Below are positions 42,881 through 50,395 of a stretch of 64,000 bases of DNA, piece after piece; position 1 is the stretch's first letter, and the number at the start of each line of letters is the position of its first letter. Where the stretch lies: positions 24,842 through 88,841 of the forward strand of contig CBDCLU010000001.1 in assembly GCA_965218765.1 (NCBI GenBank), written 5' to 3'. A program made the translations under genes and the position numbers. Below the pieces are notes generated by a model. That model did no database searches, was not told where the DNA came from, and was given only the letters and a program-made list of their open reading frames with translations. Origin of the DNA: Burkholderiaceae bacterium. GTDB lineage: Bacteria > Pseudomonadota > Gammaproteobacteria > Burkholderiales > Burkholderiaceae_C.

Positions 42881-44517
42881 CTAGATCAGCTCGGCATCTC
42901 GGATCCGCTGCTGGTCTTTCACTCATTTAGGCATACGGTGGTGACTGCGCTGCAGGACGCCGGCGTGCCCCTCGGACAATCAATGCAGATCGTGGGGCAC
43001 GAAGCACAGTCCCACGCAGTCAAGACTGGTGTAATCAGCCAACCCCAGGCCCGCAGCGTCCACCTGGCCGTGTATACGCACACCGATCTTGAGCGATTGG
43101 GTACGCAATTCCCCTTTCTCCCACTTAAAGCGGCGTTGGAGCGAAGCATCCGGCCGCCAATCGACTACCTAGGACTGCTAGAGGCGGCAGCGATTGTTCA
43201 GCAACACCTGAAGAAAGTGGGCAGCGAATTTAGATCAGGGTGGGCACCGCAGAGGTCGGAATACGCGGAAGCTCTGGTTGCACGCGTGCGTTCGCGCACA
43301 AAGCAAGCGCCAAAAACTTGAATCGCCTTCAGAAATTGGCGGGCGCCAGGAAATTGTGGGTACCCCGGATTTAACAGTTTAATGAAAGCAATCGATGAAC
43401 GACTCGCGGTGCGATATCCAAAGCGTCAAAACGATTTTCTCTTGAGCCTAAGTCATTGTGAACGTTCTTGCCAAGAACATTCGAACAGCGCGCTTGACTG
43501 CTCCTACCATTTCAAAGCCGAGCCCTCTGGGCTGCTTGGCTGTTCGTCTACTTCAGACTATGTTTCTCATACGACAGCAACTTGGGCAATAAAGCATACC
43601 AAAGCGAGCAATGGTGCAGCTTTATAGATGGCTAATACCGCCAAAACTACGGGTTCCTGAGAAATTCGATCGATCCCCAACATGACCCCCCGGCGCAGGA
43701 CCATCGCGTTAAAGCTTGACCGAGTTCAAGAGGTGATCACTGACTCAAGACTGCAAACATGTGCTCACAAAAGTTCAGAAATTCACCACCCTCTTCTTGA
43801 GGTGCGAGCAGTCACTTCAACACCTCGTTCAATTAAAGCGGCTGACAAGGATTGCAAAGATGCACCGCTTGACGAATGCATCGTGGCATCTTGCAAGAGG
43901 TTTTGTGACAGTCGCTCACCTTATCTACCGGCTCGGTTACTGGTCACTGCTCTCCGTTGGAGCGCATCAGATGGATGGTGTAAATCCACAGATGGCGACT
44001 TACCTTCTGACCATGGAACGCCGTACCGGACATTGCTGTGAACTGGCGACCGCAGGCTCCACAGTTGTATGTATCCGCTTAGGTTCGAGGTCGCCGCAGC
44101 ACCAGATGGCTCGCGGTTGCGCCGTGGCGATGCGGGTGCTGAACATATGTACCCCAGCGTTCTACTTTTGAATAGTTATTTGTAGCATCCGCCTCGATAA
44201 ATGGCTGTTGGTCCTGAAATCAAGTACCGATTAAAGGCACAGGCGTCCATCCTCCAGTGCTTGGTTGCGGCGAGTACATAAATCGGAAATATTTTGTGAG
44301 CTGCCAAGCGCTATTAGATCCTTTTTGCAAGTCGAATTCGATAAACTGCCATGCAGACGCTTTGGAATTTCAGAAGATGAGCATGAAAGCAAACTTCCTT
44401 CCATACATTCTTTAGGACTTTGCATCCCAGTCAAAGAGCAAACGTCATCGAGATGAGACCTACATGCACTCTGCTTAAGATCAGATCACAGAACCAGCCA
44501 AAAATTTTGGATCACAC

Positions 44518-45276
44518 ATGAAAGAAAACTTGAGTTTAAAATGTTTGCCACTCGCAAGCGAAGTCACTTCGACTCCAGAAAAAGAGAAGGTGCGAAATTT
44601 TCATGGCGTCTCATTAACTGGCCATAGTTCGGATCCAGTGTTGTTGCCTCAAAATGGCAATACCGGCAGGGAAGCGTTGGCTTCATCCCTTAAAAGCAGC
44701 CAAGACAGTAAAGGTACAGAGAAGAAAAGTCTACAAGCCGTTGATGTTCACTCAATCATCTACTCGATAGATCCAAAAAAAATAACTGATTCTCGATGGA
44801 CTATTCGACTGCCAGAGCATTTTGAGTCAGATGAGTTTGTACGGTTGCGGAGCGACATTTCAAGAGAAGGTGGAAATATCACGCCTGTCGAGTTGAGGCT
44901 GACTAAGGGCGAAGATCCGCTTGGTGAGAGCGCTCATTTCGAGGTGATATGCGGTTATTCTCGTGTGCGAGCTTGTAGAGAACTAGGTCTGCGGGTCAAC
45001 GCGACAGTCGTGGTTGCCATGTCCGATCAAAAAATCGCGCATAGAATGCATGCGGAAAATAAACTGCGAAGCAATACAAGTCCCTACGAAGACGGTCAGC
45101 ATTACAAGAAGCTGCTCGATGACAGGGTTTTTACCTCTGCGCGGCAACTATCCATGCACCTAGATGTGGACAACGGTCTAGTCAGCAAAGCAATCAAGCT
45201 TGCAGCGCTAGATGATTGCGTATTATCTGCTTTCGAGCGCTCAAGCGATCTTCAGTTCAATTGGGGACACGGCTGA
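44518..45276 (+). CDS. ParB-like (ParB/Sulfiredoxin N-domain) protein
   Basis: ITPVELRL ... FEVICGYSRVRACRELGL ... AENKLRSNTSPYEDGQHYKKLL ... SARQLSMHLDVDNGLVSKAIKLAAL is the ParB N-terminal nuclease-like box plus HTH. Low-GC context. Confidence 0.7.
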   Translation: MKENLSLKCLPLASEVTSTPEKEKVRNFHGVSLTGHSSDPVLLPQNGNTGREALASSLKSSQDSKGTEKKSLQAVDVHSIIYSIDPKKITDSRWTIRLPEHFESDEFVRLRSDISREGGNITPVELRLTKGEDPLGESAHFEVICGYSRVRACRELGLRVNATVVVAMSDQKIAHRMHAENKLRSNTSPYEDGQHYKKLLDDRVFTSARQLSMHLDVDNGLVSKAIKLAALDDCVLSAFERSSDLQFNWGHG

Positions 45277-45280
45277 CTGA

Positions 45281-45862
45281 TGCCTGGAAAAAAACCCTGT
45301 TTTAATAGAAGCTAGAGTTGCGCAAATCGTGGCGGATCGTCAGACGGGCAAGACGCTTGACAAGCACCAAGTAATGGACGCGCTGTTGGGACGAACCCAC
45401 AAAGGCCGCACTCAACCCCAGAGCTGTGAAACCACAAAGCTGCCGGTCGAACATTGCGGCTCTGCGCATCAAGAGGACGATGTGGGTGTTGAACCATTCA
45501 ACACTTTGATCCAGCATTCCAGTGATCACTTTGTGGAACCGGCACTTGGTGAGGCCAAGCTTGACATCTCAGACGCGGACGATTCCGTAAAGGCAGACTT
45601 CTCTGCAGAAACCAAACTTACCGAGGCACTGAGAGCTATTGGCGCACGATCTCCCGAAAACTGGAGCCCACTTGTTTCTTTCAACAACCAAGAGCTTGGA
45701 TTTTTAGCTACTACATCTTCTGGTTGCATCGTCGCCAGCTTTTGTCACGATATTCTTTGTCTTAAAGACTTGGATTGGTTTGCAACAGAACTCGTTGAGC
45801 TTTTGATGAGAGTACCTTCTGATAAACGTCATGCAGAGCCGATGATAGGACTGCTGAAGTGA
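45281..45862 (+). pseudogene. possible displaced C-terminal part of the ParB-like gene (or an independent 177-aa ORF from GTG 45329)
   Basis: The frame is open from 45281 (CLEKNPVLIEARVAQIVADRQTGK...). Together with the third frame (RLTDAWKK, 45270-45296) it would continue the ParB-like protein if two 1-nt deletions are assumed, one of them in the A7 run at 45288-45294. Confidence 0.35.
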
Positions 45863-45930
45863 TGACATTGTTCATAGTCTGTTTATATGATCTATATACC
45901 CGACGTCACAGAATGCGTTGGCCGCAGGGT

Positions 45931-46038
45931 TGCGATGGCGATGGCGATGGCGATGGCGACGGCGACGGCGACGGCAATGGCAATGGCAATGGCGAAGGCG
46001 AAGGCGAAGGCGAAGGCGAAGGCGAAGGCGAAGGCGAT
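45931..46038. repeat. block-structured hexanucleotide tandem repeat, 18 units (GGCGAN/GGCAAT)
   Basis: Direct reading gives TGCGAT, GGCGAT x3, GGCGAC x3, GGCAAT x3, GGCGAA x7, GGCGAT, with no phase break. Confidence 0.95.
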
Positions 46039-46223
46039 TCCACTTTTGAGTTGTATCGGTCCCGTCCTGGGCACCTGTGCGCGGAGGTTCAATGACTTCG
46101 CCAATTAGCATCCCATTGATTCCGAAATCATCGCAGTCGATATCAGCTTCCATCGTGAAACATGCAACATCACCGGCGAGCAGCGGGGGTCCTGCAAGGG
46201 CTGCCCTCGGATCAGCTGCCTGC

Positions 46224-47539
46224 ATGCGGGCGGCCCCAACTGTGGCTTCGAATGCGACAAGTCCTGCGAAGCTGATAAGCGGAACTCGCAGACCAGCCGT
46301 GTCAAGCAACGGCGGCAACTTCGCAGTCGGCTCGACTGGAAAACGGGTCCAGTTCGTTCGCGAAGAGATCTACGCCATAGCAGCAGTCTGCCGCCAGAAG
46401 AACGTCAAAACCGGGAAAGCAAACCCCCCAAAGTCCTCTGGACGTTCCGTGATTGGCGAACTGATCCGCGAGGCGCCTAGGTATTTCAAGCACCTGATCC
46501 ACCAAGACATCAGCCCGATTTCACCTCGATTGCTCTGGGGAAAACCCCCTGAGGATCTCGTTGAATGGTACGAAGGCCATGTACTGAAAGCAAACACGAT
46601 CAAGGTCAATGTACAGCGTAAGGGCAAGACATATGAGCGCGGGCAGCGCAGCACGGTGCCCATCCTGCTTTCGGCAGTAGCCAGTTACCCGGCACCGCCC
46701 AACGATGATGATCCGAAATATCAGATATGGAAGTGCTGCGTCGTGGAGTGGGCCAAGAGCCAGTATGGAGACTGCTTAATCAGCGTTTGCGAGCATGTCG
46801 ACGAAGGTTACGGGCATGTGCATTGTCTTGCTGCATGCCCGGATGCACAGTCTGCCCGAACGCTACATTCAGGGCATTCAGCGACAGACGAGGCCAAGGC
46901 GGCAGGGACGCCAACGTCCGAACTGGGCAAGGTCTACAGGGCAGCCCTTGCGGGTTACCAAGAGGATTTTGCCACCAAGTCGGACGGCGCTGCGGTCTCG
47001 ATCGTCTCAGCCAGTCTCCGCAGCCTCGACTCAGCTACTCGGAGGCGAAGTTAAAGCGCAAATGTGACGCTGATCTCGCAGCATTTGATGCCGAGATGGC
47101 GTCGCGGAGGGAAAAGGAGAAGGAGGAAGCCATTCGCGCTCAGAATGTTATGCAAGACCTTGAAGACCGGATCTCAGCGGTCAAAGCCATAGAAGTCGCA
47201 GCAGATAAAGCCCGAATACAACTCGATCAAGACTTGGCAAAGATAAGGAGAGACCAAGTGCTCCTCATCATCAAAAATAAGGAGTTGGATGCGAAGACTA
47301 CTACACTGGAAGATGAGTTATTAATTCTTGCTAAGGATAAAGCACGGATGCAGAGCGATCTTGAGGAGATTCGCCGAATTCGAGCCTCGTGCGAAGATCT
47401 CTGTGGGATATTGGCCAACGCTATCCACGAGAGGTTAATGTCGCAGGAGGCAGCGATGCAGATGTTGGATAACTGGGGGTGGTCGACAACCCCGTTGCTC
47501 CGTCAGTTGGGAAAATCGACTCAATTCATCCGGCAGTAA
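46224..47539 (+). pseudogene. MobV/Pre-type (Mob_Pre) relaxase, frameshifted
   Basis: HxDExxxHxH-type motif EHVDEGYGHVHCL (46794-46823). Upstream Mob_Pre-like blocks ELIREAPRYFKHLIHQDISP and VNVQRKGKTYERGQRSTVPILLSAVASYP. Homology continues in another frame after about 46979 (VGRRCGLDRLSQSPQPRLSYSEAKLKRK) into a coiled-coil tail. No clean start codon lies near the expected N-terminus. Confidence 0.6.
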
Positions 47540-47669
47540 ACAATGCAGAGCAGTTCCGCCTCAGGTCTTCAAAGGACCCCCATTCAAAACTCATTAATCG
47601 ATGCAAAACAGCATTGCTTGGGCAATCTGGATGAACACGAACGACAACTCTACGGAGCTCAAGAACTCT

Positions 47670-48146
47670 GAAGCCATCATGGTTGAATGCCCGAGTAGAG
47701 GCTGGGCCTTATTTGTACGGTCTTCTAAAATCACACAGCGTTACCACTCAAGGTGCATCTATTCAATACTTGAAACACCACAATCAATTAGAGCGCTATC
47801 ACCTCATTCAGCTTCCGGTCCGCCGTCCACAAGATTTGTCTGGTTAAGATCATCAAGTTACTCACCAGCGACGGCAGGGGTTTCCATCGAGCGCTTTCTC
47901 AAATCGCGCGAGCGCGAGTCCTAGAGCAATGAACGTCCACCGTCGGTTGACCAAGCCCAGAACACCACAGACCCACGGTATGGTCGAGTGCTTCAATGGG
48001 CAGAATGCGCCGATGTGCTCGACACCTACCGCTTCTGCTCGGACCAAGAGTTGAAGCACAAGCTGCTGCGCTACGTGGCGATGTATAACCACCAATTGTC
48101 GCTGTCAGCCCTCGAAAGCAAAACGCCATTCCAAATGGTGAAGAGT
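47670..48146 (+). pseudogene. DDE (rve-type, IS481-like) transposase remnant, 5'-truncated and multiply frameshifted
   Basis: Fragments sit in three frames: WALFVRSSKITQRY..., KIIKLLTSDGRGFHRAL (compare LTDNGKEF), and HRRLTKPRTPQTHGMVECFNG followed by ADVLDTYRFCSDQELKHKLLRYVAMYNHQLSLSALESKTPFQMVK. Confidence 0.5.
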
Positions 48147-48539
48147 GACATACTTGATCAACCGCAAAGTCAGGGGATATCTGTATGGGACTCCGTTGCT
48201 CGACCTAACCGCCGCGATGATCGTGAAGACTAGGTTCCATAGCATCGGGATCAATATCAGAAAAGCGCCAATCATCGTAATCAGCAACAACATGAAAACT
48301 AGAAAGACCGTAATCTGAAAATTCAGCGCCTCTTTGGCCTGATCGGTTGCAAACGCTTCATCCGGGTCTGACTTCTTGATCAGAAAGATGATCAACGGGC
48401 CGATCCACGAGGTAAAGAGGCCGCCGATGTGAGCAAGAACTGCGAAGGTAGTTCGGCTACTTGGGACTTGGGTGTTGACCTTGCCCCCGAAAACCGTATC
48501 CCTTGCTGAGTGTTTCAATGCAAGCAAGGGAGAGCGGAC

Positions 48540-48833
48540 ATGACGAAGACAACGAGGGCGCAGTACACGCTCGAGTTCAAGCAAGAGGCGGTGCGGCTGG
48601 TGCGAGGCGGCCAGAGCATCGCGGCGGCGGCCAGGGGGCTGGGGCTGGTCGAGCAGACACTGCACAACTGGGTCAAGGCCGAGCGCCAGGGCAAGCTGGG
48701 CGGCATCGACAAGAAGGTCATCAGTGCCGAGCAAATGGAGATCAGCCGGCTGCGAGCCGAGTTGGCGCGCGTGAAGATGGAGCGCGACATCCTGGGAAAA
48801 GCGACGGCGTACTTCGCGAAAGCGCAGAGTTGA
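48540..48833 (+). CDS. IS3-family transposase OrfA (HTH)
   Basis: MTKTTRAQYTLEFKQEAVRLVRGGQSIAAAARGLGLVEQTLHNWVKA ... ERDILGKATAYFAKAQS. Confidence 0.85.
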   Translation: MTKTTRAQYTLEFKQEAVRLVRGGQSIAAAARGLGLVEQTLHNWVKAERQGKLGGIDKKVISAEQMEISRLRAELARVKMERDILGKATAYFAKAQS

Positions 48834-49726
48834 AGTACGCCTTCATCAATCGGCACCGACGGGTGTGGCCGATCTCGGTGCAGTGCCGGGTGCTGCGGGT
48901 CAGCGTTGCCGGCTATCACGAGCACTTTGTACGCCGTGCCAGCGATGCCCAACGGCGCCACCTCAGCGACGACGCGCTGCTGGTGCATATCAAGGCTATT
49001 CATGCCCAAACGCATGGCGGCTACGGTTGGCCGCGGACGTGGAAGGAGTTGGTGGCGCGTGGCATCCCGGTGGGCAAGGACCGGGTGCAAAAGCTCATGC
49101 AGTTGCATGGCATCCGGGCCAAGGGCAAGCGGCGCTTCAAAGTGACCACCGACAGCAACCATGCGCTGCCGATTGCACCGAATCTGCTGGACAGGCAGTT
49201 CACGGTGGCCGAGCCGGACAGGGTGTGGGCGGGCGACATCACCTATATCCACACCGGTGAAGGCTGGCTGTTCCTGGCCGTGGTGATCGACCTGTTCAGC
49301 CGCCAGGTGGTGGGCTGGAGCCTGCGCGAGGACATGACGCGGGAGATCGTCATCGATGCGCTGCGCATGGCCTGGTTCAAGCGCCACCCGAACAAGACGA
49401 GTGGGCTGATATTCCACAGCGACCGTGGCAGCCAGTACGCGAGCCAGGAGTTCCGCGACGCGCTCAAGGAGTACGGCATCACTGCCTCGATGAGCCGGCG
49501 CGGTGACTGCTGGGACAACGCCTGCAGCGAGACACTGTTCGGGTCGTTGAAGGTGGAGCGGCTGCACGGGCAGAAGTTCGAGACCAGGCGCCAGGCCAAA
49601 GACGAAGCGATCGACTGGCTGCTCTGGTACAACCGGGCCCGGCTGCACTCGACGCTGGCATACGTCAGCCCGATGCAGTTCGAGCAAAACTGGCTTGCCA
49701 ATCAACCAAGGCAAGCCAATTCGTAA
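48794..49726 (+). CDS. IS3-family transposase OrfB (expressed as an OrfAB fusion by -1 frameshift)
   Basis: The -1 frame from the G GGA AAA heptamer (48794-48800) reads GKSDGVLRESAELKYAFINRH ... WAGDITYI ... VIDLFSRQVVGW ... FHSDRGSQYAS ... CWDNACSETLFGSLKVE (DDE/rve domain). Confidence 0.82.
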   Translation, partial: GKSDGVLRESAELKYAFINRHRRVWPISVQCRVLRVSVAGYHEHFVRRASDAQRRHLSDDALLVHIKAIHAQTHGGYGWPRTWKELVARGIPVGKDRVQKLMQLHGIRAKGKRRFKVTTDSNHALPIAPNLLDRQFTVAEPDRVWAGDITYIHTGEGWLFLAVVIDLFSRQVVGWSLREDMTREIVIDALRMAWFKRHPNKTSGLIFHSDRGSQYASQEFRDALKEYGITASMSRRGDCWDNACSETLFGSLKVERLHGQKFETRRQAKDEAIDWLLWYNRARLHSTLAYVSPMQFEQNWLANQPRQANS

Positions 49727-49843
49727 CTCGGCTATGGGGTACGGATTCCAGGGGCAAGGTCATGTCGGTCGCATTGGATGTGCTCATGGTCATCTGTTGG
49801 GAGTGGCTTGGTTGGTGAGAAGTTGGTGTTGTCTTCGGAGCGC

Positions 49844-50395
49844 TCAAACGCAGCGATCCAGTGTCACGAAGACGCCGTTATCGTTGCTCTTGAGCTTGCT
49901 AACTCTGGCGGTCGTCGGGCCACCCTTGTAGCCCGGCACAGATCTTTCGCATTCGAAGAAGACCAAAGCCTTGGGGTCTTCGACGTAACCCTCCCAGCCG
50001 CCGTCGCCGCCACGCTTTAGATTTAAGTGCAGGTTGGTGCCCACCAAGCTAGAAAGCTTTTGAGTGCCCAGCCGCGTGACGAACTCTGAGTGTCCAATGA
50101 ACTTGGTTTTAGATCCCATAGATGCACCAATTGAGCGCGTGCTCCCTACGATTTCAGGCGGCGCAGATGGCATGCGAGTTGGTGCACCAACAGGCGCAGT
50201 TCCCCCTGTTTCGCTCGCCTTTTCAGCAAAAGGCGAAGCCGACTCACCAACTTGATGCAAGCGGTTGACGCTGGTGAAAACGTTTGAATGAGAGTCAAAT
50301 CGCTTTCCAATGAGCAGCGCCCACGCCAGCACCAAAACAAAGGCAGTGCGCCGCAACACTTCTTCGGCTCGCAAGTCAGCCGTCGGCGTTGCCAT
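49844..50395 (-). CDS. hypothetical membrane-anchored protein
   Basis: From MATPTADLRAEEVLRRTAFVLVLAWALLIG (single TM) to ...VFVTLDRCV. Its stop TGA overlaps the TTG start of the DUF4870 ORF (TTGA at 49844-49847). The start is uncertain (ATG 50395, or GTG 50359). I recognise no family. Confidence 0.45.
   Translation of the reverse strand: MATPTADLRAEEVLRRTAFVLVLAWALLIGKRFDSHSNVFTSVNRLHQVGESASPFAEKASETGGTAPVGAPTRMPSAPPEIVGSTRSIGASMGSKTKFIGHSEFVTRLGTQKLSSLVGTNLHLNLKRGGDGGWEGYVEDPKALVFFECERSVPGYKGGPTTARVSKLKSNDNGVFVTLDRCV

Larger units (their letters stand above)
40318..43321 (+). pseudogene. tyrosine recombinase (integrase) with arm-type N-terminal domain; inactivated by an in-frame stop, a frameshift and an IS insertion
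   Basis: N-terminus RLYQKKTGVFFVRV ... SELRRSLRTTN. In-frame TAG at 40615-40617 (both flanking ORFs share one frame). Core FWCPLLALFLGVRLGEVVNL ... RRLPVPDGLKALG. Frame change near 41605-41615. IS at 41694-42880. The C-terminus resumes as ...GEHL/DQLGISDPLLVFHSFRHTVVTAL ... VYTH. Confidence 0.8.
48476..49762 (+). mobile_element. IS3-family insertion sequence (IS407-like ends), 1287 bp
   Basis: IRs TGACCTTGCCCCCGAAAACCGTATCCC and TGACCTTGCCCCTGGAATCCGTACCCC (reverse complement of the right end) match at 23 of 27 positions. A 3-bp TGT direct repeat lies at 48473-48475 and 49763-49765. orfA and orfB overlap in the -1 frame. Confidence 0.88.
48105..49847 (-). pseudogene. DUF4870-family small membrane protein gene interrupted by an IS3-family element
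   Basis: The C-terminal part AVLAHIGGLFTSWIGPLIIFLIKKSDPDEAFATDQAKEALNFQITVFL ... IIAAVRSSNGVPYRYPLTLRLIK matches DUF4870. The N-terminal exon (49763-49847, ...MTMSTSNATD) joins in frame once the IS and one TGT copy (1290 nt) are removed. Confidence 0.65.

Noticed and set aside
43382-44456. ORFs 43382-43627, 43682-44041, 43761-44171, 44231-44434 and 44265-44456 as cargo genes (toxin-antitoxin or defence candidates).
   Set aside because: They overlap one another in different frames, have atypical compositions and show no motif I recognise. I found no basis to call any of them. They are reported instead as an orphan segment.
45931-46038. Possible CRISPR array or iterons at the hexanucleotide repeat, and likewise at the chpA 9-bp repeat.
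   Set aside because: The units are 6 and 9 nt, head to tail with no spacers. There are no cas genes, and the units are far too short for CRISPR repeats or typical 17-22 bp iterons.
45859-46318. ORFs 45859-46095 (+) and 45872-46318 (-) spanning the hexanucleotide repeat, as annotated genes.
   Set aside because: Both owe much of their length to the repeat staying open in every frame. Neither has a recognisable domain or a convincing ribosome-binding site. They are kept only as alternatives in the repeat finding.
48954-48962. Candidate attR: a short match (ggcgccacc) to the tRNA 3' end (gcgccacca).
   Set aside because: Only 8-9 nt match, and the site lies inside the IS3 orfB coding sequence, so it is expected by chance. 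No longer copy of 40200-40245 was spotted by eye, but a proper search is still needed.
41694-49762. IS5 and IS3 copies forming a composite transposon around the ParB/relaxase region.
   Set aside because: The two elements belong to different families with unrelated ends. Each has its own target duplication inside a disrupted gene, which indicates independent simple insertions.
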